Shown: positions 38,695-51,400 of the stretch, in pieces
How the letters are laid out: the number at the start of each line of letters is the position of its first letter
Numbering within the stretch: position 1 is the first letter of the stretch
DNA from: Candidatus Altimarinota bacterium
GTDB taxonomy: Bacteria > Patescibacteriota > Gracilibacteria > CAIRYL01 > GCA-016699755
Assembly: GCA_963664295.1 (NCBI GenBank)
Contig: OY760935.1
Span: 64,001-128,000, forward strand
DNA length: 64,000 bases
Direction of reading: 5' to 3'
Program-made: the position numbers and the translations under genes
Notes under the pieces: model-generated
What the model was told of the DNA's origin: nothing
Databases searched by the model: none
Seen by the model: the letters and a program-made list of their open reading frames with translations, nothing else

Positions 38695-39342
38695 ATGACC
38701 GCCAAGCTTTTTTTAGTGATTATCGGACTTCTTCCGTTCTATATCCTGATCTTAAAAACCATTGAAAGTAAATCAGGATCTTCTTTCAAGCAACTGAGTA
38801 AGTTTTTTTACTGTGGAATTTTTGTCACGGTGCCGTTTACGATTTTTTATAAATTAGGGCTTAATGCTGGGATAATGCATACTTATTTTGGTGTGCTGGG
38901 GACTATTTTTTTGCTGGCATTGCTTGAAGAATTTTTGAAGTTTTATATTTTTTACTATTTAAATGACAAGGAGCATTCGCGACTTTATTTCTACCTTGTG
39001 CTTGCTTTGGGTTTTGCTTATGCAGAGAATGTGTTTTATTTTTTGGAGTCTTATGATTATTTTTTCTATAACTTAGTTGGTCTTTTTGCTGTGTTTTTTA
39101 GACTTATTCTTGGCAGTTTTGCGCATGCTACTTTTACTGCAATTCATGGACTTATTTTTAGTTTTAAGGTTAGAAGCTATTTGGGTCTTATTTTAGCCAC
39201 TTCTGTGCATTTTATTTTTAATTTTTTCTGCTCAGAAGGATTGGCAATGTTTTTACCTTTGCTTTTGTTGATGAACACTTTATTGATTATTAAATTATTG
39301 AAATATTCAAAATTAAGGAAAATTTGTTTTGTTGAACATTAA
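38695..39342 (+). CDS. PrsW family intramembrane glutamic/metallo-protease
   Basis: LLEEFLK, LGFAYAEN, FR, AHATFT and SVHFIFN motifs in a multi-TM protein; ATG at 38695 preferred over TTG at 38647. Confidence 0.85.
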   Translation: MTAKLFLVIIGLLPFYILILKTIESKSGSSFKQLSKFFYCGIFVTVPFTIFYKLGLNAGIMHTYFGVLGTIFLLALLEEFLKFYIFYYLNDKEHSRLYFYLVLALGFAYAENVFYFLESYDYFFYNLVGLFAVFFRLILGSFAHATFTAIHGLIFSFKVRSYLGLILATSVHFIFNFFCSEGLAMFLPLLLLMNTLLIIKLLKYSKLRKICFVEH

Positions 39343-39358
39343 AATTGGCTGATTATTC

Positions 39359-39387
39359 TTGATTTTTCTGCTTTTTTTTGTTAAAAT
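39359..39387 (+). promoter_or_regulatory. Sigma70 promoter for the giant gene
   Basis: TTGATT-17-TAAAAT with TG extension. Confidence 0.6.
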
Positions 39388-39423
39388 ATTTAGATAAAAA
39401 TTGCTAGCAAGAATTAAATTTCA

Positions 39424-42400
39424 ATGAAAAACAAAAAACAAAAAACAAAAAAAAATGGATTTTTTTCTAATTTAGGCACTAAATTTATTGTTTTAGCTTT
39501 TGTTTTTCAATGTATTTTTCCTTCTTCAGCAATTGCAGAAAAAGTTGTTGATGATTTTTCAGAAACAGCAAAAACAACAGAGCAGGATTTTGAGGTAGCG
39601 ACAGAGGATGAGGTAAATATAACAGAAGAAACAGTAAACACAGAGGAAAATTCAGCAGAAAACCAAGAAATACTAGAGAATGAAGAGGTGGAAGAAGTAG
39701 GAACTCAACAAGAATTAGAGAAATTAGAGCCAGAAGAAACAAAAGAAAATGAACTTGAGATAGAAATTAAAGATGCAGTAGTAGCTCCGGAAGAAATTAA
39801 AGAAGAAGTAAAAGAAGAAAGTAATCAAGAAGAAAATTTAAATAATCAAGAAGACCAATTTTTAAAAGAAAATACTGCAAATCAACAAAAAGCTTCCTTG
39901 TTGGACAGTATTTTTCCTGAAGAAGAAGATGAGCCCAAAGAGGAGTTTTCAGAGTTTGGAGACGAAGAAGAGAATGATAAAAACAAAGAAAATAGTAATA
40001 ATGTTGATGAAGAAACAGTAAGTACTCCAGAAATTGAAGCATTAGCAAATGTGCAACCTGATTTGAAAAAAAATAGCAAAGAAGAAAGGAAAGAAGCAAT
40101 GGAAGATAAAATTGTCGAAAAATTAATAGAAAGAGAATTTACAGAAAAAGACTTGCTAATATCAGCAAAAGAAAATGGCATTGAAAGTATTAAAAATGAA
40201 AATCCTGAAAAAGCTCCTGAGCTTATTGAGGAATTAAAAGAAGAAGGTGTTATTGCTACAATTATTGACAATAACGGCATAGAAAGAGAATTAAATTCTG
40301 AATTAAAAATAAAAGAAGAAAAAAATCATTTTAATACTAAAAATACTGCTTATGAAACAGAAATACCATTAGAAGCAAGTGATTTAATGGTTATTGCAGA
40401 AGATGAAGAGCTTGCAGGAAAGTTAATTGACTCAAAAGAAAAAAAAGTTATTCAGCAAGATTTTACTCCTGAGACAAGAGAGGAAATACGCTATTTGATG
40501 CGAGATGTTAATAAATCTAATGCTATTCAAGATGGTAATAAAGTTTTGTATCAAGATATTTGGGAAGAATCTGATTTATTGGTAACTACTTTAAATCAAG
40601 GAATAAAAGAAGATATTATTTTAAAAAACTCTAATGCACCATTAGAATTTGATTATGTGATTGAAACTGTTGGCTTAGAGCTTGTTGTTAAGGGGGATGG
40701 TGGACTTTCTTTTGTGGACAGAAAAGGGCAAGAAAAATTTTACACTCCACCGCCAAATATAACTGATGTTAATGGGTTTAAATCTTCTAATAGTATTCGT
40801 TATGAGTTGGGCTGGGGACAGCAGAGACCTCAAACCTCAGAAGAAAATACAGAAGAAACTCAAGAAGAAGTAGTTCCAGCAGAAATTGAAACACCAACAG
40901 AAGAAAACCCAGTTGAACAAGTAGAACAAGAAACTCAAGAAGAGCAAGTAGAACAAGAGGAGGTAATTAGTGGCGAAGAAGAATTTTTTGCTCCAGAACC
41001 TAAAGATCCAGAAACTTCTCAAGCCTCAGAAGAAAATACAGAAGAAACTCAAGAAGAAGTAGTTCCAGCAGAAACTGAAACACCAACAGAAGAAACCCTA
41101 GTTGAACAAGTAGAACAAGAAACTCAAGAAGAGCAAGTAGAACAAGAGGAGGTAATTAGTGGCGAAGAAGAATTTTTTGCTCCAGAACCTAAAGATCCAG
41201 AAACTTCTCAAACCTCAGAAGAAAATACAGAAGAAACTCAAGAAGAAGTAGTTCCAGCAGAAATTGAAACACCAACAGAAGAAAACCCAGTTGAACAAGT
41301 AGAACAAGAGGCAACTCCTGAAAGCGAACAAGTAGAACAAGAGGCAACTCCTGAAAGCGAACAAGTAGAACAAGAGGCTCAAGAAGAAGATATTGCTGAA
41401 GAAATTGTTTCTTTTGGTGATTTTTTTGTTCCTGAAAAAAGAAAGGCACATTTCGCATCTTATTCTGAAGGGATAGTAAGAATGAAAAAACAAATTTTTG
41501 ATCCTGAAAATTATGAAAAAATAATTAAAAAAACTTACGAAAGTGTTCAGGAGGAAGTGAGAAATTTTTCTCTTATTAGAAATGAGCACTTATTTGCATC
41601 AAGTGAACAAGATGCAGACTTGTTTGATTTTTTGGTCGCAGAAGCAGGCGCAGAAATATCAGAGGAAGAAATGCTTCAAGCGGAGTCTGCCGAAACAACA
41701 GAAGAGCAAGCAGGGGAGTCTGTGGATACAACTACTGAAACAACAGAGGTATTTATTGAAGAAGATTTTACAGTAGAAGTAGAAGAAGTTTTAGATGATA
41801 CCGCAGAAACAGAATTAGAAGGCAATAATCAAGAAAATAATGATGAAAACTTATTATCACAAGATGAGAATATTGATAGTACCAATTTAAATGATGGGCA
41901 AAATAATGAACAAGATTTATCGTTAGAACAAGAAGGTCAAGCTGAACAAGATGAAGATAATCAGGGAAATGTTCAAGAAAGCAATCTTGATAATCAGGAT
42001 ATTATTCCTGAGCAAGAACAAGTTGAGGAAGTTGATAGTCAGGAAGACGATTTTGATCAAGAAGAAGAAAGCGCGGAAACAGACTTATCTGATCAAGATG
42101 ATGCTAACAGTCAAACAGGTGAAGAAATTGTGAGCGATACTTTGGAAAATTTAGAAACAGAAGAGCAAATAAGTACAGAAGAAACAACACAAGAAGAAGC
42201 AAATGAAACAGAGCAAGAAAATATACAAGATTTTAACGAAGAAGAAGAAAACACTAATCAAACTGAAGATCAATTGCAAAGTGCTCAAGAAGATCAAATT
42301 TCTTCAGCAGAGGAAGAATTTTTTGCTCCTGAGGTGTCAGTGCAAGATTCTAATTTTGATATAAGAAAATTTGAAATCGAACAATTTAAAAATTCATATG

Positions 42401-45400
42401 AAGATTATCAAGAAATAGAAACCCAAAATGGTATTTTGCGCAGATATAAAATAAAATTAAAAATAGAAACAAAAAAAGAAATAGAGCAAGATCAAAATGC
42501 AGTGACATTAAAAAATGGACTTACATTGAGTTATCCTCTTGATGTTGATCCAACTTTTTATGTTGTTACATTTGATTCAATAGAAAAAGAGACTATTGCA
42601 ATGGGACAAGCTTCAATTTATGCTAATTTATATAATGATAATAAAGATTACTGGAACTTAAAATCACCTTCTAGGGTTTTTAAAGACAGTGCTGGTCATT
42701 TTTTTGTTGTTGATCAGCAAAATCATAGAGTAAAAATATGGAATAGTGAGCCTACATCTTATAATGACAAACCAGACATTATTTTAGGTCAATTTGATGA
42801 ATATGCAACTAGTAGTACAAGTGTTACTGCTGGTAGTTTTTATCAGCCTTATGGTATTGCTAGTGATGGAACTAGATTGGCTATTACTGATAATGGTCGT
42901 CATCGTGTTTTAATTTGGAATACTTTTCCAACTGAAAACAATCAAGATGCTGATTTGGTAATTGGACAAACTAGTTTAACTGCTTCTGGGTCAAACAATG
43001 GTGGTCGTGACGCAGGCTCTCTTTATTATCCTTCGGGAGTTTTTATGACTAATAATAAATTATTAGTTGCTGACACCAATAATCATCGTGTTTTAATTTG
43101 GAACACTTTTCCAACTGAAAATAACCAAGATGCTGATATAGTTCTTGGTCAGCCTGATTTTACTGGTGGATCTGCTAACAATGGTGGTCGTGACGCAGGC
43201 TCTCTTTATTATCCTAATGGTGTTTGGACAGATGAAACCAAATTGATGATTGCTGATTATTATAATCATCGTGTTTTAATTTGGAATACTTTTCCAACTG
43301 AAAATAATCAGGACTCTGATGTAGTTATTGGTCAAACTGATTTTACATCTAGCTCTTCATCAAGTGCTGTTAATGGTCTTTATAGGCCAAGATGTGTTTA
43401 TTTTGATGGATCAAAATTATTTATAACCAGTACAAGTGCGCATAAAGTTTTTATATATAATAGCATACCTAGTGCAAATGGAGTGTCAGCAGACATTACT
43501 GTTGGAACAGGTAGTGCTAGTGCGACTCAAGATCGATTAAATAACCCTGGAGGAGTTTTTTCTGATGGCACTAAGCTTTTTGTTGCTGATACCAACAATC
43601 ATCGTATTATGGTTTGGAACTCAATTCCAACCACAGACAGTGAAAATGCTGACTTGGTAATTGGTCAAACTGATTTTACTTCCAATATCACAAGCTTACC
43701 AATGGACGGAAGTGAACTTAGTAGTCCAGGTTATGTTTTTAAAGACATTAATGGTCGTGTTTTTGTGGCAGACACAAGTAATAACCGTGTTCTTATTTGG
43801 GATCAACAACCCACTGACTTTAATGTTCCTGCTGATGTAGTTGTTGGTCAAAGTAATATGACTTCCAACAGTTATTCTTGTTCTAGTACTAGACTCAGAT
43901 ATCCTCAAGAAGTTTACAGTGATGGCACTAAGCTTTTTGTTCTTGATACAGACAACAATCGTATTCTTATTTGGAACTCAATCCCAACTAGCAATGGTCA
44001 AGCTGCTGATGTGGTTGTTGGTCAGGATGATTTTACTACTAACAGTGTAAATGCTGGAGAAGGATGGTCATCAAATAATAAAGGTTTTAACGAGCCTTAT
44101 GGTTTTGCTGTTCATGATGGAAAATTGTTAGTTGCTGATAAAGAAAACCACAGGGTTCTTGTGTGGAACTCAATCCCAACAAGCAATGGTCAAGTTGCTG
44201 ATTTAGTAATAGGTCAGGACGATTTTGGATACAATAAATCAAATCGTTTTAGCAGTTTAACAACAGCTCCAGGTCATGTTTTTAAAGATGTTAATGGTCA
44301 TTTTTATTTAGCTGACAGTAGTTATAATAGAGTTTTAATTTGGTTTACTGAACCTTTGAACGACACCACTGTTCCTGATCTTGTTCTCGGTCAACCTAAT
44401 TTTATTGAAACTACTGGTAATAATGGTGGTTATTCAAAAGGCCTTAGTGATCCTTATGCTGTTTATAATGATGGAGTGAGACTTTTTGTTGCAGATACTG
44501 GCAATAATAGGGTTTTAATTTGGAACTCAATGCCAACTGAAAATCATCAGGCACCTGATCTTGTTCTTGGTCAGCCAGATATGACCACTAATTCAGCAAA
44601 TTATGGTGGAATAAGCGCAAGTACTTTTTATCGTCCTACAGGTGTTTATAGTGATGGAAATAAAGTTTATGTTTATGATCGTGTAAATAATAGGGTTTTA
44701 ATTTGGAATTCAATCCCAACTAGCAATGGTCAAGCTGCTGATCTTGTCTTAGGTCAAAACGATATGACTTGTACTACCAACAATAATAATGGTAGCTGTT
44801 CAGGTGGTAGCGTTGCTGATAATAATTTTTATTTTTATACAAATAATAACACTCATCAACCTATTGCTGGTGATGATACTTATTTTTATGTTTCTGACAC
44901 ATATAATCATCGTGTTTTAGTTTGGAATAAGGCTAATATTACAACAAATATGCAATCTGCGGATTTTGTTGTTGGTCAAGATGATTTTACAAGTTCATCT
45001 TATGTTCAAAATAATAAAAATGGTTTATATAGACCAAATGCTTTGGCTGTAAGTGATAGTAAATTATTTATAGCATGTGATGACGGAACTTTAAGAATTT
45101 ATAATCCAAAACCAACCACAAATACCAAGGTGGCAAATGTTATTGCTACTAATGGTTTTTATACTGTTTTTGCTAATAATCAAAAATTATATTTACCAGG
45201 TGCGCGCAAAGTTTGGAGCACAATACCAACTATTGACACAAGTGTGCATTCTTTTAGTTATTATTTTTCAAAGGCACCTAATGCTATCACTGCAAATGCT
45301 TTTGACACACCTTATAGTGTTGATGTTAGCTCTGACGGGAAAATGATGGTTGCTGATTATGAAAATAGTCGTGTTTTGATTTGGAATCAAATTCCAAATG

Positions 45401-48400
45401 ATAATACTACCTCTGCTGATGTTGTGGTTGGTCAGATGTTTTTTGATAAAAAAACCACTGGTTCTGATGCTGATAGCTTAAATAAGCCAGTTGACGCCTT
45501 TACTGATGATGAACGTTTTTATGTTGTTGATCGTAATAATGGACGAGTTCTTATTTGGAACCAAGTTCCAGAAGAAAATAATGCATCCGCTGATTTTGTT
45601 GTAGGTCAACCAGATTTGATTACCACGGGGCATAATACAGGAGGAATTGGTGAAAATTCTTTATATAATCCTGCTGGAGCTTTTTCTGATGGCGAAACTA
45701 TGTTTATTGCTGATCAGTCAAACCATAGAATACTTGTTAAGCCTATAGACTTTATTGCTGATTATCAAATATCAGCTGATATGGTAATAGGTCAGCCAAG
45801 TTATTACACAAATGATATAGATCATGTTGAAATTCAAAATTTATATCAACCAACTAGTGTATTTAAAGACAGTGTAGGAAGATTTTATGTTGTTGACACT
45901 AAATTTAACAGAATAAAAATTTGGAACACAGAGCCAGCAGATAACTCAGTAGAACCTGATTTAGTATTAGGTCAGTTGTATCATTATCGCACAACAGAAA
46001 ATGATGGAGGAGCTGGCATTGGAACAATGAATCAGCCATTTGATGCTTATAGTGATGGCGACAGGCTTGTTGTTTCTGATGGAAACAATAATCGTGTTCT
46101 TATTTGGAATGAATTTCCAACAAATGAAGACAAAAATCCTGACTTAGTCCTTGGTCAAACAGATTTTAGTGGTACTTATGGCAATATGGCAACTACTATT
46201 ACTAATAAAGGATTAAATGCCCCGAGAGGTGTTTTGATTGTAAATGGAAAATTGGTTGTTGCTGACTCAAGCAATAATCGTGTTTTGATTTGGAATGAAT
46301 TTCCAACAGAAACCGGTCAGCCTGCTGATGTTATTCTTGGTCAGCCAGAGATTGGCGTAGTTACTGCTAATAATGGTGGCATAAGTGCAAGTTCGATGAA
46401 TGGACCTACAGGTCTTTGGAGTGATGGCACCAAGTTGTTCGTTGCTGATATGGGCAATAATCGTGTTCTTGTTTGGAATGAATTTCCAACAGAAATTGGT
46501 GAACCAGCTGATTATGTAATTGGTCAGGCTGATTTTGTTTCTAATGTTTCTAGTAATTCTGCTAGTGGTCTTGCTAATCCTTATGATATTGAGAGTGATG
46601 GCACTAGATTGTTTATTTCACTTCGACCTTATAATGTTATTTTTGTTTATAATACAATTCCAACAGCAACTGGTGCTACTGCTGATTATGTGATTGGACA
46701 ATCAGGATTTGGCTCTAATTCAAGTACTCTTGATGCAAGTCATTTGTATTATCCAAATGAATTTTTTGTTGATAGCAGTAAAGTTTATGTTGCAGATAAT
46801 TATCATCATCGTATTATGATTTGGAATAGTATTCCAACTACTAGCGGAGTGAGTGCAGATAAGGTTATAGGGCCTGATGATTTTACTAGTACAGCAGAAA
46901 ATGTAAGAGATGGTATTGGGCTTAGGGATCCTTATGATGTCCATGTAGACCTAAATGGAAAAATGTTTGTTGTTGATAATAACAACAACCGTGTGCTTAT
47001 TTGGAATTCTGTGCCAACTGACAATAAAACGCCTGCTGATGTTGTGCTGGGGCAATCTAACATGAGCACCAATGGTTATGCCAGTGGCTCAACAGGATTG
47101 CGTAATCCTCAAAGTGTTTATAGTGATGGAACTAAGTTGTTTGTCGCTGATTATGGCAATAACCGTGTTTTAATTTGGAACTCAATACCAACTAGCAATG
47201 GTCAAAGTGCTGATGTAGTTGTTGGTCAAACTAATTTTACCAACACTGGAGGATCAGATAGTTATACAACCGATAGTGATAAACTTACTCGCCCAACAGC
47301 AGTACAGGTTTATAATGGTAAATTATTAGTTGCCGACAAAGAAAGCCAGCGCGTTCTTATTTGGAATTCAATACCAACTACAAATGGTCAAGATGCTGAT
47401 GTTGTAATAGGTCAGCCAAATATGACTGTGAAAGAATATAATTTTCCAGAAACATATCATACGAGTGGCGATGAGCTTAGTGATCTAACAAAAGACTCTA
47501 GCGGAAAATATTACTTTTTAGATAGAGGTTATAATCGTGTTTTGATTTTTAATTCAAAGCCAAGTTCGCGAAATCAAGTGCCCGATGTTGTTGTAGGTCA
47601 GCCTAATAAGTACTTAATTCATGCAAACTCAGGAGGATCACTTACTGCCTCAACATTGAAATTACCTTGTGGTTTGGCAGTTTATGGTACGAAATTAATA
47701 GTTGCTGATTCAGACAATAATCGTGTTTTGATTTGGAACACAATTCCAACTACAGATGGTCAATCCGCAGATGTTGTGCTTGGACAAGCAAGTTTTACAT
47801 CAAGTAGTTCAAATTATGGTGGTCGTTCGGCTTCTAGTTTAGCTAATCCTAAAGATGTGGCTGTGACAGCTGATGGCAAGTTGCTTGTTGCTGATCAAGG
47901 CAATCATCGTGTTTTGATTTGGAACACTATTCCAACAGCAAATAATGCCTCTGCAGATGTGGTTATGGGGCAATCAGACTTTACAAGCAATACAACAAAC
48001 GGGTCGGACTTAATTCATTTATATGTTCCTAGATCAATTACTATAGAAGGGGACGAAATTTTAGTTGCAGGAAATAAATCAATGATTTGGAGTTCTTTAC
48101 CAACAACTAATGGTGAATCAGCTTATTATTATGGAGGAAATTATGATAAATTATTAGTAAAGGGTGATTGGCTTTATTATACTTATAACAATATCTATAA
48201 AACTGCTTGGCCATTGGGTGCAAGTCCAAGTTGGGAGCTCGTTGGTTCAGCCTATACTGACAACATGGAAGATCTTGGTGATGGTGATTATTTCTATACT
48301 TTTAGTGATTACTGGGAAGAATGGGAAATCCCTTGCGATGCTTGTGAAGATAATTATAGTACGGATATTACTTGGGGTTATCATAAAGAGAAACGAGATG

Positions 48401-51400
48401 ACACTCTTTATAACCCAGAAGACCTTTATGTAGATGGTAATGGCAAGTTATATATTGTTGATAGTCTTAATTATCGCATATTAGTTTATAATTCCATTCC
48501 TACTAGTAATGGTGCTAGTGCTGATTTAGTTTTTGGTGATAGTAATTATACATTGACACCAAAAGCAGTTTTTGCGAGAGATGATGGCAGAGTGTATGTT
48601 TCTGATAATTACGACAGAATACAATATTGGGATAGTGTATCTAGTGTTTTGGATATGCCAGATAAAACTTTTGGCCAAAGAGAATTAAACGGAAAAGAAG
48701 GTACTGATACAGGGCCCCATACGCTAACAGGGGCTATCTATGGCATTTATGGTGATGACAACGGTCTTTATGTTGCTGATAAAGATGATAATCGTGTTTT
48801 AATATTCAAGCATTCAGGAGCGCCTTCAGTTAATAACTTAATGCAATATGAAAATAATGGCACAACAGAAATACCAACAGGTGAGTCAACATATAGCGGA
48901 GAAACAAATAATATAGTTATTAAGGCTGACTTAAACAATCCTCTTAATGAAATTGATCAATCGCAAGTAAAAATGTTTGTGGAAGTTCAGAGATTAGAAG
49001 ATGATTTTGTTAGCTCTGGTTCCGAAATATATGATATTGCTCTGATGGCTAATGACCCTGAAAATGGCAACAAAGTGACCAGCGGAACAGGCATATATCA
49101 AAGCACTTGGTCTGCATTAGGGGATTATAGCTCAACTGCTTATGAGTCTGTAATCAATATTACTGATTTGGATAAAAGGCTTTATAAATGGCGAGCAATA
49201 GCATATAACGGTAGTCAATATTCATATTGGCAAAGAAAAGGTTCTTGTCAGAGTTTTGTTATTGCTTCTGCAACTGCTCCAGTTTTTGTTTCTGCGGATC
49301 AGTTCAAGACAGACGCAGTGACTAATATTCCAAACACAGAATATACAAATGAAACAGCAGTAAGACTAAAAGCATCTGGTACTGACGCGGACTCAGATTC
49401 ATCATTAATATTTTATTTTGAGTTAAGAAAAAATACTGATTCTTTCAGCTCTCCCGCTATTCCAAATATGTGTGATGCTTGTCCAAGTGGAACAGGTTTT
49501 GATAATTGTGCATCAAAAATTTGGTATGTGACATTAGATGAAGGGGATTATACAACTACTCCAGGAGAAGGCATTGTTCATATTCTTGGACTTAGTAATG
49601 ACGAATATAAATGGCAAGTAAATGTTTCAGATGGAGGTAATTTTGCTGGCTGGGAAGCCTACAACACAACTACTCCTAATTTTGAAGTAGATTATTTAGT
49701 GCCAGTGTTTACAATCACAGATGATGTTCATGCAACTTGGAACACAACAGACACAATTGCTGTCTCTGTTGTTGACCAAGGCCCATCAGACATAGATGAA
49801 ACATATTGGACATATTCAGAAGATGAATTCTGTAATTCAGAAGATGTGTTTGCTAATACAGGAACCAGTGTTGATGTTGCTGATTATCAGAAATATGTTT
49901 GCTTTAAATCATTTGATAACGCGGGTAATTTTGCTTACTCATCAGTAATTGGTCCTTTGAAATGGGACATTACAGGTCCAACTTTTACAATCACAGATGA
50001 TATAAATTCAACTTGGAATACTTCTGATACAGTTGAAGTTAGTGTTGCTGATCCAAACACACCATTTGGCCCTGATGGTTCGGGCATAGGAGCAACAACG
50101 AATTGGGGATTTTCTTCTAATGCAATTTGTAATGCAAGTGATAATTATGGCAATAGTGGTACTTCAACTGGCGCAATAACAACTGACCACACAGATTATG
50201 TTTGTTTTACCAATACGGATCAACTTGGAAACATTGGTTATTCTGAAGCAATAGGACCATTAAGAGTAGGAACAGAAAAGCCAACTTTTACTATTACAGA
50301 TGGAGTGAGTCATTTTTGGAATACAGAAGACACAATTGCAGTTAATGTCACTGCTTCAGTAGGTGGCGACCCAGGCACAACTTATTGGGGATTTTCATCA
50401 GATCCTGGCTGTGATGACACAGACACTTATCCAAACACTGGTAGCTCTTTACTTGTTAATTCAGGTCCACACACAGATTATATTTGTTTTACTAATACAG
50501 ATACACTTGCTCGTACAGGTTATTCTGCTCCGATTGGTCCTTTAAAATGGGATACTGCAAAGCCGGTAGTGACTTCTTTAAGTGTTAGCCCAAGCTCTGT
50601 TAACCCAGGTGGCATAGGTAATATTACTACTGATGTTTCGGATGCTGATTCAGGAATTAATACATGTAAAGCATGGCTTTCTGATTTTCCTGGTTTACCA
50701 GCATTATTGCTTCATTCTAACAATGATAATGCCTCTACCACCTTTAATGATTCTTCAGAAAATGACTATACACTTAATTTACATGGCAACATAAAACATT
50801 CTATTTTACAGAAAAAATTTGGTAAAAGCTCAATCTTTTTTGATGGTAATTCATACTTAAGTATTGATAATAATGATGAGTGGGATTTTGGAACAAACGA
50901 TTTTACAATTGATTTTTGGATTTACCCGCAATCAAATGGAGCATCAGAACATAATGGTATACTTTCTAGTATAGACACTAGTAATCAAGGTTGGTCTTTT
51001 GAGCTAGATGATTCTGAGAATATAAGATTTTTTGCTAGAGATAGCGGAGGAACAATGTTTATAACACTAGAAGGTTCAACATCGCTAAGCTTAAACACTT
51101 GGCATCATGTTGCCTTAATTAGAAATGGTGATGATTTTAACTTATATGTAAATGGACAAAGTGTTGATTCTGATACAAAAATAAACGCAATTGACAATTT
51201 AGATAATGAACTTTGGATTGGAAAAAGAAATAATTATCACAATTTTAGTGGTTATCTTGATGAAATACGCGTAATAAAAGGAGTTGCTCGCTGGACAGAA
51301 AATTTTTCTGGTAATTTACCAAGCACAATTCATGCAGATGAAATATTTTTAGCTAATCTTGGCACTGATTGTGATGGCCCTGCTAGTTTTCCAACAGAAA

